From assembly GCA_039208735.1 (NCBI GenBank), contig JBCCQY010000033.1, forward strand, positions 1-64,000: DNA of 64,000 nt. The letters run 5' to 3'. The translations under genes were made by a program, and so were the position numbers. Source of the stretch: Myxococcota bacterium. Lineage in GTDB: Bacteria > Myxococcota_A > UBA796 > GCA-2862545. Positions 46,089 to 54,441 of this stretch are shown one piece after another. Each line of letters starts with the position of its first letter. Position 1 is the first letter of the stretch. The notes under the pieces were generated by a model. That model saw only the letters and a list, made by a program, of their open reading frames with translations. It was not told where the DNA came from and searched no databases.

Positions 46089-47134
46089 ATGAGATTCCGC
46101 TGGTCGATCTGGCCCGACGTCACGACGCGGTTGCCGACGAGGTGGAAGCCCGGGTCCTCGAAGTGTTGCGGTCTGGTCGCTACGTAGGAGGCCCGCTCGT
46201 CGCCGAAGTCGAGGCTCAGGCGGCCACATGGCTTGGCGGCGTCGGCGCGGTGGGCGTCGGCAACGGAACCGACGCGCTAATGCTCGGGCTTCAGGCCCTG
46301 GGCGTCAAAGCGGGCGACGAAGTCATCGTGCCCGCGCTCTCCTTCTTTGCGACGGCCGGGGCGGTGCTCGCGCGGGGCGCGATCCCCGTCATCGTCGATG
46401 TCACCGAAGCCGCTTTGATCGATCCCCAAGCCGTTAAAGCGGCTTGGTCCCCACAAGTTCATGCGATCATTCCCGTACACCTGTTCGGGTCGGTGACCGA
46501 CCCCATCGATGTGGGCGTGCCCGTGCTCGACGACGCGGCTCAGGCGATCGGCGCGGTGCCTCACCCCATGCACGGTCGGCTCGCCGCGGTCTCGGCCTAT
46601 CCGACAAAGCCCTGGGGGGCCGCAGGAGATGCCGGTTTCGTCGTGGGCCGCGATGCCGACGTGCTCGACCAGGTCCGGCGGCTCGCCAACCATGGTCGCA
46701 CGCCCGAGGGAGCCCATGTGGTGGCAGGCCGGAACAGTCGGTTGGATGCGTTGCAGGCCGCCGTGCTGTTGGGGCATGCGCCTACGGTTGCCGCCCGCCA
46801 GACGGCTCGCCAACGTCGGGCCCAACGCTACGATCAGGGCCTTCCTAGCCGAGTCCAAGCGCTACCGAGGACCGACGGGTCATCGGTCTCTCAGTATTGC
46901 GTACTCGTCAACGATCGTCGGCGGGTCCAGCGCCATCTGGCCAACGCCGGTATGGAAACTGGCGTGTACTATCCGCGCCCCTTGCACGAAGAGCCCGCCC
47001 TGCGGCACGCTCGGGTCACTCCCACGCCGGTGGCGAACCACCTCGCTGAACGGCTCCTCGCCCTTCCCATTGCCGACGTCGATGACGCTGACGTAGACCG
47101 CGTCTTGGCCGCACTGCACGAGGTCTGTCGATGA
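46085..47134 (+). CDS. DegT/DnrJ/EryC1/StrS PLP-dependent sugar aminotransferase
   Basis: Motifs IPLVDL, GNGTDAL, GDEVIVP, PVHLFG, DDAAQA, SAYPTKPWGAAGDAG and NSRLDALQAAVL. Confidence 0.92.
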   Translation: MNEIPLVDLARRHDAVADEVEARVLEVLRSGRYVGGPLVAEVEAQAATWLGGVGAVGVGNGTDALMLGLQALGVKAGDEVIVPALSFFATAGAVLARGAIPVIVDVTEAALIDPQAVKAAWSPQVHAIIPVHLFGSVTDPIDVGVPVLDDAAQAIGAVPHPMHGRLAAVSAYPTKPWGAAGDAGFVVGRDADVLDQVRRLANHGRTPEGAHVVAGRNSRLDALQAAVLLGHAPTVAARQTARQRRAQRYDQGLPSRVQALPRTDGSSVSQYCVLVNDRRRVQRHLANAGMETGVYYPRPLHEEPALRHARVTPTPVANHLAERLLALPIADVDDADVDRVLAALHEVCR

Positions 47135-48015
47135 TCGCGATCTCCCCATCCATCGTGGTGATGCCCATTGCCGCCATCTATGGCGCGGTCATCGGGAGTT
47201 TCCTCGCGAACGCGTCGGTGCGACTTCCCGAAGATCGCTCGCTGCTTCCCCCCTCAAGTTGCCCCCGATGTGGCACCCGCATTCGTTGGTACGACAACGT
47301 GCCCATCCTCTCGTGGCTTGCCCTACGAGGACGGTGTCGCCACTGCGGACAGCCCATTTCACCGGTCTACCCGCTCGTCGAAGCCCTGACCGCGGTGCTG
47401 GCCGCCCTTCTGGCCCGCCATCTCTTCGTCAGTTGGTCGGACCTCGACGTGGCCCATGTGGTCGCATGGCTCTACCAGCTTGGGTTCGTCAGCCTCATCA
47501 TCGTGATGGCCACCGTCGACGCACGGCACCGCATCATCCCCGACGAAACCAGCATTTACGCTGTCCCCTTCGGGATTTTAGGTCACGGACTGCTCGGGTG
47601 GCTCGGGTACGACGGCTGGTGGACGATTCCTCCAAGTCTCGCCCCCGGCTTGCTGGGCTTCGAAGGCTGGCCGGTGTCCATGTTCCTCGCCATGACCACC
47701 GCGGGTGTGTTCTACACGATGTTCTGGGCCACCGGCCGCATGACCGACTTTTTCACGGGCCTGGACACGCTAGGCTGGGGCGACGTCAAGTTGGTGGCGA
47801 TGTTTGGGGCTTTCCTGGGGCCTCAACTCGGTCTTGCGGCGTTGCTCTTGTCGAGCGTCTTTGCCGCGGCGCAGGGCATCGTTTTTCGGGTGGTGCTCTG
47901 GCGTCAGCTCTGGCTGCCGTTTGGCCCCCCGGCCGCCTTCGCAACCATCGGGGTGGTCCTCTTTGGTGACATCCCAGTGCTTCGCTACTTCACCGAATGG
48001 CTGATCGGTCGTTAA
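47131..48015 (+). CDS. pilD: Prepilin peptidase (peptidase A24)
   Basis: Motifs GSFLAN, SSCPRC..WYDNVPILSWLALRGRCRHC..ISPVYPLVE, the two catalytic Asp motifs (TVD; GWGDVKL) and PFGP. Confidence 0.9.
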   Translation: MIAISPSIVVMPIAAIYGAVIGSFLANASVRLPEDRSLLPPSSCPRCGTRIRWYDNVPILSWLALRGRCRHCGQPISPVYPLVEALTAVLAALLARHLFVSWSDLDVAHVVAWLYQLGFVSLIIVMATVDARHRIIPDETSIYAVPFGILGHGLLGWLGYDGWWTIPPSLAPGLLGFEGWPVSMFLAMTTAGVFYTMFWATGRMTDFFTGLDTLGWGDVKLVAMFGAFLGPQLGLAALLLSSVFAAAQGIVFRVVLWRQLWLPFGPPAAFATIGVVLFGDIPVLRYFTEWLIGR

Positions 48016-48701
48016 GGCACCTCGGCCCGTTCACGCCGTTTGCGAAGCCAGGCTCGCTCGATAGTCGCCACCAGGGCCGTGAGCCCATCAGGCCGCTCCA
48101 GTTGGGGACAGGGCAAAAACGCAAGCGCCACGTCCTCCACCCCTCGCCGCACGATGCGAGCGGGCAGCACGACCTTTCCGTCTGGCCAGACGACTTCGAC
48201 CGTAACTTCGTCCTCCTCGGGAACTGCTGCGGTTCGCAACCGCATGCCACCACGCGACAGGTCGAGGACATCGCCATCGATCCACCGACCGTCCGACCGA
48301 AAGTGCGCGTGCACGGATACCGCGCCATCGATGGGAACCCGAAATGCGCGTCGGCTCTCCACAAACAGCAGTTGCGTCGGCACCACGAGTCCGACCGATG
48401 CTTCACCGGTGTAGTCCTCGGTGTAGCTGAACACATGGGTGAGAAAGACCCCCGCCTTTTCACCGCGGACGAATTGCACGTTGCACAACGACCCCGACCG
48501 CGGGGGGCGCTCCGCCGGAGCATCGAGGGTCAACCGGACCGATGCCTCGCCCAGGGTTCGAAAACGGCTCGAGCAGGCCTGTGGCGGGTCGTCGAAGACA
48601 AGCACCGCTCGCGTCCCTTCGCTGCAGCACGACCGAATCACCTCTCTGGGGTCAGGAAGGCTCGGCTCGCGAGACCGACGGGCCTTCGTCGTCGACGGCA
48701 T
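48012..48701 (-). CDS. PilZ-domain c-di-GMP receptor (YcgR-like two-domain layout)
   Basis: RRAFR (RxxxR) and DLSRGG (DxSxxG). ATG 48701 follows GGAGG. Confidence 0.82.
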   Translation of the reverse strand: MPSTTKARRSREPSLPDPREVIRSCCSEGTRAVLVFDDPPQACSSRFRTLGEASVRLTLDAPAERPPRSGSLCNVQFVRGEKAGVFLTHVFSYTEDYTGEASVGLVVPTQLLFVESRRAFRVPIDGAVSVHAHFRSDGRWIDGDVLDLSRGGMRLRTAAVPEEDEVTVEVVWPDGKVVLPARIVRRGVEDVALAFLPCPQLERPDGLTALVATIERAWLRKRRERAEVP

Positions 48702-48801
48702 GGCGCCTCCGTTCGCGGGATGTGGATTCGCTTCACGCCCCATCGGCCCGTGAACACTCCGATCGAGTCGCGCCGCGATACGTCGCCGTCTCCAACCCAT
48801 C

Positions 48802-49608
48802 GTGGAGACCGTCCTGTCCGCAATTGCCCCCCCTGTCGAGCTGGAGATCGTTGGCGATTGGACCAGCGACCGCCTGCTCCTCCGATTGCTCGCGACCATC
48901 CGGAGTCCCTGGCAGCTCTCTTCCCGGGGCCTCACGCATGTCGAAACCGGCGAATCTTGCTCTGTGACCATGCGCGGCCCGGATCCGAAGGTCGCCCAGG
49001 CATTCCTCGACGGAGAGTGCCCGATTCGTCCCTCTCTGGATGACGACCTACGGACCGCCATCGAAGAGCACAAATCGATCGTGACCATCCGACCCGCTGA
49101 AGACCTGGTGGGCTGGGATGCGGCCCGTGCCGCACTCCGCTGTGCATCCGGCATTGTCGATGGTGGAGCGACGGCGGTGCGCTGTCGGGGGAGTGGCCTC
49201 GCGCATTCTGCAGACCGCATCAGCGCCCTCGAGCGCATGGCCGAAGGTGCAGAGACCGAAGGCAATCGGTCGCTCCTCGGAGAGGCGCTGTACCTCGCCC
49301 TCGTCATGCCCTACACCACGCGCGACCGACGTGCCCGCACCCTGGGTATGGCCCTGCTCGAGGCGAGTGACGTGTTTCTGGCCGGTCCGCTCACCCCGAG
49401 CAACGCCATGGATGCGATGGAGGCCCTGTGCCTTCGCGTATTGTCAGGGCGTCCCCCCAAGCACCAGGATGTCGTTCGGGCGGGTCCCGAGAGTCCGGCG
49501 CTCCGCGTCGAGCACATCGAGGATGCCACGGAAGGCGCGGACCACAACCCCTTTGGCATGTGGCAAATGACGCCGTTGCCCCGGGGCTTTAAGAATACCC
49601 GCAGCTAA
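48802..49608 (+). CDS. Hypothetical protein, possibly DUF4261-like
   Basis: 268-aa ORF with SGLAH, TLGM and C-terminal HNPFGMW. Family call tentative. Confidence 0.6.
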   Translation: METVLSAIAPPVELEIVGDWTSDRLLLRLLATIRSPWQLSSRGLTHVETGESCSVTMRGPDPKVAQAFLDGECPIRPSLDDDLRTAIEEHKSIVTIRPAEDLVGWDAARAALRCASGIVDGGATAVRCRGSGLAHSADRISALERMAEGAETEGNRSLLGEALYLALVMPYTTRDRRARTLGMALLEASDVFLAGPLTPSNAMDAMEALCLRVLSGRPPKHQDVVRAGPESPALRVEHIEDATEGADHNPFGMWQMTPLPRGFKNTRS

Positions 49609-49611
49609 ACG

Positions 49612-50304
49612 TCAAGCCACCCAAGGATTGGGCGGGCGCCCCGCGGCATCACGTTGAGCGGATCGCACGAGTCTCGACAATTCGGGATCGTTGCGTCGAC
49701 TCTCGAGCATCGCGGCGAGCACCCAGATGGTGGTCACCGTGTCGCCGATGGCTCGGTGGGGGGCCGGGTTGCGCACGTCGAACATGCTGGCCAGATCGTC
49801 GAGTTTGAACGACCCTCCATCTTCGCGCCGGTGAGGAAAGAGGGTTCGAGCCAATCGAAGCGTGCACAGATCGGGCGAGGTGAACGAACTCCCCGTGCGC
49901 GCGTACTCCTCAGCGAGAAAACGCTGTTCGAACGACACGTTGTGGCCCACGATGACCGCGCCACTCCGTTGACGCTCGAGCGCGGGCACGACCATCGAAA
50001 ACGTGGGGAACTGGGCCACTTGGGCCGCCGTTAGCCCGTGATGCTCGGTGTTCCAGTAGCCTCCCGAACGCGCCCACCCCACGTCACCGGGGTTTAGATA
50101 GGTGTGGAAAATGCTCGGGAGTTGTTCGCGAGACATCCGTACCGTAGCAATCTCAACAATGCGGTTTTGCGTGGTCTCGATGTCGACGAACATCAACGGA
50201 AACGGAAGCGCCTCAAACTGAAGGAGGCGCTGGGGTGCGTACGTCTGCCAAAGCCAGCCCATGGCTGTGTTGGAATCGACATCGCCAGCGGCATTTCCCC
50301 ACAT
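49612..50304 (-). CDS. DEDDh 3'-5' exonuclease (DnaQ-like)
   Basis: ExoI FVDIETT, ExoII GHNVSFE, ExoIII HRAIGD, plus LCTLRLAR. Confidence 0.88.
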   Translation of the reverse strand: MWGNAAGDVDSNTAMGWLWQTYAPQRLLQFEALPFPLMFVDIETTQNRIVEIATVRMSREQLPSIFHTYLNPGDVGWARSGGYWNTEHHGLTAAQVAQFPTFSMVVPALERQRSGAVIVGHNVSFEQRFLAEEYARTGSSFTSPDLCTLRLARTLFPHRREDGGSFKLDDLASMFDVRNPAPHRAIGDTVTTIWVLAAMLESRRNDPELSRLVRSAQRDAAGRPPNPWVA

Positions 50305-50480
50305 GAGCGCCGGGCATAACCACGTGATGGGCCATCAGCCCGGTCAGGTACTGACCACCTTTTTTGTCTCACTTCGGGTATCCTGAAAGGTTCGAGAAAA
50401 CCGAAATTGGGATGAAGAGCGGCCATTGCCTCCGTGCGATATGCTGGTTTATCGCATTGAACCAACACCATGAGGGCTTT

Positions 50481-51503
50481 GTGACCGCTCGCATCACCCG
50501 GCCAGACCTCACGTTCGAGCAGCTCCACGACCTGGTCACGGTGTCGCCGCAGATGAAGCGGCTGTTCGAATTGGTACGCCGAGCGGCGAGGAGCGATGCC
50601 ACGATCTTGGTTCGCGGAGAGAGTGGCACGGGAAAGGAGTTGGTCGCCCAGGCCCTTCACGCCGAAAGCAAACGCTGCAACACGGCATTTCGGGCAGTAA
50701 ACTGCGCTACCTTCACCTCTGCGCTCCTCGCGAGCGAGCTGTTTGGCCACGTCAAGGGTGCGTTCACAGGGGCGGTGGCGGACCGGAAAGGGCTCCTGTC
50801 GCAGGCCCATCGCGGGACGCTGTTCTTGGACGAAGTCGCGGAACTCCCTCTCGACCTCCAAGCCCGGCTGTTGCGCGTACTGCAGCAACGACGCTTCACC
50901 CCAGTGGGCGCCACCACCGAGGTTGAAGCCGACGTTCGGGTGATTTCAGCCACCAACGCCCCGTTGCGACAATTGGTTAAAGAAGGCCGGTTTCGCGAAG
51001 ATCTGATGTACCGAATCCGGGTGGTCGTGCTCTACCTCCCGCCGTTGATCGAGCGGGACGGCGACCTTGAAGCCCTCACCTGGCACCTGATCGACGAATT
51101 CAATGCCCGCCATGAGCGGACCGTCCATGCCCTCGATGCCCGTGCCTGGGCGATGATGGGAGCCTACCCCTGGCCGGGCAACATCCGAGAACTGCGGAAC
51201 AACCTGGAGCAGGCGTTTGTTCTGGGGGAAGGACCCGTTTTGCAACCCGATGAATTGGCCCCCGAGGTTCGCGGCCTGGGTGCTCCCCGGGCCAGCCGCT
51301 GGGCCGACGTCGAAGCGGATCGAAGTAGCCCAGAGGCCATGAGCGAAACGCCTCACTCCGTGACCCTGGACGATCTTCGTCGTTCGGAATTGCTCGAAGC
51401 GTACCGACGCACTCGAGGAAATCGGGCCAAAATGGCGGCTGAGCTTGGCATCAGCCGGGCAACCCTGTATCGCTGGCTCAAGAAGCAGGGACTCCTCGGG
51501 TAG
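50481..51503 (+). CDS. Sigma-54 enhancer-binding activator (AAA+ plus Fis-type HTH) with no N-terminal sensor domain
   Basis: Motifs GESGTGKE, ELFGHVKGAFTGA, TLFLDEV, FREDLMYR, WPGNIREL and LGISRATLYRWL. Confidence 0.92.
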   Translation: MTARITRPDLTFEQLHDLVTVSPQMKRLFELVRRAARSDATILVRGESGTGKELVAQALHAESKRCNTAFRAVNCATFTSALLASELFGHVKGAFTGAVADRKGLLSQAHRGTLFLDEVAELPLDLQARLLRVLQQRRFTPVGATTEVEADVRVISATNAPLRQLVKEGRFREDLMYRIRVVVLYLPPLIERDGDLEALTWHLIDEFNARHERTVHALDARAWAMMGAYPWPGNIRELRNNLEQAFVLGEGPVLQPDELAPEVRGLGAPRASRWADVEADRSSPEAMSETPHSVTLDDLRRSELLEAYRRTRGNRAKMAAELGISRATLYRWLKKQGLLG

Positions 51504-51559
51504 GAAATCCAATACGCGGTGCCGCCGTGCGTTCTCCAGAGTGTCACCGAGGAGGACCT

Positions 51560-51973
51560 ATGCTCGCGTTGCTCGCCCTACTTTCCACACCGACGTTCGC
51601 GCAGCCCGTCGACGACAACACCATCGAACTGGCGGAAAAACTCACCACGAAGCTCGGTGTCACCCCCGAGGTCGCCGCTGAACTCACCGTGATGTTCGAG
51701 GACCATCGCACGGTGATGACCGCCCACCGCGAAGCGTTGGCCACGGCTCTAAGCGGACTGCGTGAGGCTCGAAGTGAAGGCAACGCATCTGCCATGAAGC
51801 GGCTGATCAAGGAGATTCAGCGCCTCAAGGATCGCGGGCATGAACTAAACAACCAGCACCATGACGACGTTCTTGGCATGCTCACGGTCGATCAGCAGGC
51901 GCAATGGCTGCTCTTCCAGGCCCATCGCACGATGAAGCGCCGGAGCGGCGGGCTTCCGAAGAATCCACGATGA
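51560..51973 (+). CDS. Spy/CpxP-like periplasmic helical protein
   Basis: SD GGAGGA, signal peptide, an all-helical body, and KLGVTPE / LTVDQQ (LTxxQ-like) motifs. Confidence 0.65.
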   Translation: MLALLALLSTPTFAQPVDDNTIELAEKLTTKLGVTPEVAAELTVMFEDHRTVMTAHREALATALSGLREARSEGNASAMKRLIKEIQRLKDRGHELNNQHHDDVLGMLTVDQQAQWLLFQAHRTMKRRSGGLPKNPR

Positions 51974-52002
51974 TCACCCTTCCCATCGCCGGGTGACCTC
52001 AC

Positions 52003-52041
52003 TATACTGATCACGTGTTCAAAACACTGAACACGTGTTTA
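52003..52041 (+). promoter_or_regulatory. -10 element (TATACT) overlapped by tandem palindromic operators; LexA/SOS-box-like
   Basis: TGATCACGTGTTCA (52008-52021) and TGAACACGTGTTTA (52028-52041). Each is one mismatch from the perfect palindrome TGAACACGTGTTCA, with a 20-bp period, in an AT-rich island. Confidence 0.65.
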
Positions 52042-52073
52042 TGTATGGATAAAGAAACCCTGGAAGGCCCCAA

Positions 52074-52256
52074 ATGCTGATCATTCGAGAAGAAGACAAC
52101 GTGATCCGGCTCATCGAGACGGATCCTCCTCAATTTGGCACGCCAGATGCGTGGCCCGAGTTCGACCGCAACTACTGGCACCTTACGGGTGGCCCGTGCC
52201 AGTGGGACGTGCTTGTCGACATGTTGCTACAGCGGCCGTCGCGCGACCGAACTTAA
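52074..52256 (+). CDS. Small hypothetical protein (60 aa)
   Basis: ATG after GGAAGG, downstream of a promoter/operator. Fills the gap and ends 3 nt from the convergent gene. Confidence 0.55.
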   Translation: MLIIREEDNVIRLIETDPPQFGTPDAWPEFDRNYWHLTGGPCQWDVLVDMLLQRPSRDRT

Positions 52257-52259
52257 CGC

Positions 52260-52835
52260 TTAACGAGCTGACCCATCCTCAAGCGCCGGTGCTTCCTCAA
52301 AGAGCGCACGGAGTGCCTCTGGCATGTCCTCGGAACACGTGGCGCAGTCGTCATCCGGCGATGCGTTCGACGATAGGTCCGTGGGAGCAAACGGTGCGAG
52401 CGCCGAACCATCATCGCGAATCCGCAAATCCTCACGCGAGTACAGCGTGACGGTCTGACCGTTCCGAGTCAGGTCGAGGCAGCGGTCGAAGATGCCCTTC
52501 TTGCAGCGGTAGGTCTTCACGACCACCGTGACTTTGTTGTTGGACTGAGGGAAGGACAGCGTGACCTTGTTGCCATCACGGCGCCACCGGAAACTCTCGC
52601 CGACCCACCGGAAGGCACTGCGCACTTGAGAGGCTCCGAAGCGTGCATCGCGCCGCTTCACGACCGAAAACCACCGGACCATGTCCCGCGCGCTCCTCGG
52701 AGCGCGTTGGGCCCAGTGGTAGTTTGCAAACTGAACGTTGTTCTGAAGGGGCTCATCGCCCTGGCTACACATCGAGCCAACCGTCACCGGAATGGCTAGC
52801 GCCGCAATGCCCCACGCCCAATGCTGCACGGACAA
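52260..52835 (-). CDS. Hypothetical exported protein
   Basis: SD GAGAGG, hydrophobic N-terminus and Cys pairs. Confidence 0.65.
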   Translation of the reverse strand: MSVQHWAWGIAALAIPVTVGSMCSQGDEPLQNNVQFANYHWAQRAPRSARDMVRWFSVVKRRDARFGASQVRSAFRWVGESFRWRRDGNKVTLSFPQSNNKVTVVVKTYRCKKGIFDRCLDLTRNGQTVTLYSREDLRIRDDGSALAPFAPTDLSSNASPDDDCATCSEDMPEALRALFEEAPALEDGSAR

Positions 52836-52862
52836 CCTCTCGAACCAGAGTGCCCCAGCAGT

Positions 52863-53582
52863 TTAACGGACCGATTTACCTTCTGCTGCCGATTCGGCAA
52901 CCTCGAAGAACAGGAGGTGCTGAGTCGGCAGCTTGGTTTCGAATCGCTTGAGGGTAAATCCTGCTTTCTTCCACTCAAGCTTCACCTGATCGGCGGCCAT
53001 GCGATGGTCTGTTTTGATGTGGGCCGCGCTGGAGCCTTCAAGTCGGAACTCGGCAATGGCGGCTTGCCCCTTGGGCCCAAGCACTCGCCCCAGGTCGGTC
53101 AGCATCTCCTTAGGCTTCGAAAACTCGTGGTAGACGTCCACGAGTAGTGCCAAATCGATGCTTGCGTCGGGTAGGGGAATCCGGTCGACGGCCCCCTGAA
53201 CGAAACGAAGGTTGGTCAACCCCGCTTCCTTTGCATGCTGCTCGGCGATCGTCAGCATCTCGGGCTGCAGATCGACACAATACACGGTCCCCTTCGGACC
53301 CACCTCACGCGCCATCCGCCGGGCGTAGTAGCCGCTCCCACATCCCAAATCGAGAACCGATTGCCCAGGTTTGAGCTTCAACAGCGCCATGAGCTTTGCG
53401 GGGTTCTCTTCAGCCTCCCGATTGTCGCGTTCAAGCCATGCATGGCCTTGCCAGCCCATGACCTCGGCTACCGGCCGCCCCTCGTGCTGTGGCCCGGCCA
53501 GTCCTGGCGCCACACGGACGGCAACGGCCACGAGGACAGAGCCCAGGACCAACCCAATTCCCCAACGCATCCACGTCTTCAT
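52863..53582 (-). CDS. Class I SAM-dependent methyltransferase with N-terminal membrane/signal segment
   Basis: Motifs VMGWQGHAWLER..RE.EE, VLDLGCGSGYY, VDLQPEML, VDVYHEF and LPTQH. Confidence 0.9.
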   Translation of the reverse strand: MKTWMRWGIGLVLGSVLVAVAVRVAPGLAGPQHEGRPVAEVMGWQGHAWLERDNREAEENPAKLMALLKLKPGQSVLDLGCGSGYYARRMAREVGPKGTVYCVDLQPEMLTIAEQHAKEAGLTNLRFVQGAVDRIPLPDASIDLALLVDVYHEFSKPKEMLTDLGRVLGPKGQAAIAEFRLEGSSAAHIKTDHRMAADQVKLEWKKAGFTLKRFETKLPTQHLLFFEVAESAAEGKSVR

Positions 53583-53607
53583 GCGAGCGACGTAACGACG
53601 GTGGGGT

Positions 53608-54441
53608 TCACCCGAATCGAGGATCAGCCGGCCACGCCCGATGTAAGGCTCCAAGCTGGGCCATGAGCGGCTCGGCCCATGTCAATGGCAGCTGGGTGGC
53701 GGCATCCGACAACGCCGTGTCAGGTGCGTCGTGCACCTCGCAGAACACGGCGTCTACCCCCATAGCCACGGCCGCCCGGGCCAATCCAGGGGCTAACATA
53801 CGCTCCCCACCCGAAGTGCCCGCCTGCACCGCAGGGCGTTGCACACTGTGGGTGGCATCGAAGACCACGGGCACCCCGAGTTCACGCATCCAGGCAAGCC
53901 CACGAAAGTCCACCACGAGATCGCCATGGCCAAACGTCGTGCCGCGCTCCGTCACCATCACCCCAGAGGCCCCTGCATCGCGGAGCTTGGCGACCGCGGG
54001 CGCCACGGCCGTGGGAGCGAGAAACGGCCCTTTCTTAAGGTTGACCGGACGCCCTGTGCGTCCCGCGGCCAGCAACAGGTCAGTCTGCCGACACAAAAAC
54101 GCTGGGATCTGGATCAGATCGACCACCTCCGCTGCGGGCGTCGCCTGATCGGGCGCATGGATGTCGGTCGTGACGGGGAGCCCGGTTTCCGCCCGCACGG
54201 CGGCAAGCATCGCAAGGCCCGCATCGAGGCCAGGGCCCCGAGGGGAGGTTCCACTAGTCCGGTTGGCCTTGTCGAAAGACCCCTTGAAGATCACCGGCAA
54301 ACCGGTGGCCTGCGAAGCCTCCGCGAGTCCGCGCGCAACCCGCAGGACCCGCTCAGAGGACTCGAGCATGCAGGGGCCAGCCACGATGACCAGGGAGCCA
54401 TCGCCAACCGTGAGCGGCCCTACGGCAACGGGGGTGGCCAT
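53608..54441 (-). CDS. kdsA: 3-deoxy-8-phosphooctulonate (KDO8P) synthase
   Basis: Motifs AGPCMLES, SFDKANRTS, QIPAFLCRQTDLL, KKGPF, ERG, FDATHSVQ and EVH..SD. Confidence 0.96.
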   Translation of the reverse strand: MATPVAVGPLTVGDGSLVIVAGPCMLESSERVLRVARGLAEASQATGLPVIFKGSFDKANRTSGTSPRGPGLDAGLAMLAAVRAETGLPVTTDIHAPDQATPAAEVVDLIQIPAFLCRQTDLLLAAGRTGRPVNLKKGPFLAPTAVAPAVAKLRDAGASGVMVTERGTTFGHGDLVVDFRGLAWMRELGVPVVFDATHSVQRPAVQAGTSGGERMLAPGLARAAVAMGVDAVFCEVHDAPDTALSDAATQLPLTWAEPLMAQLGALHRAWPADPRFG

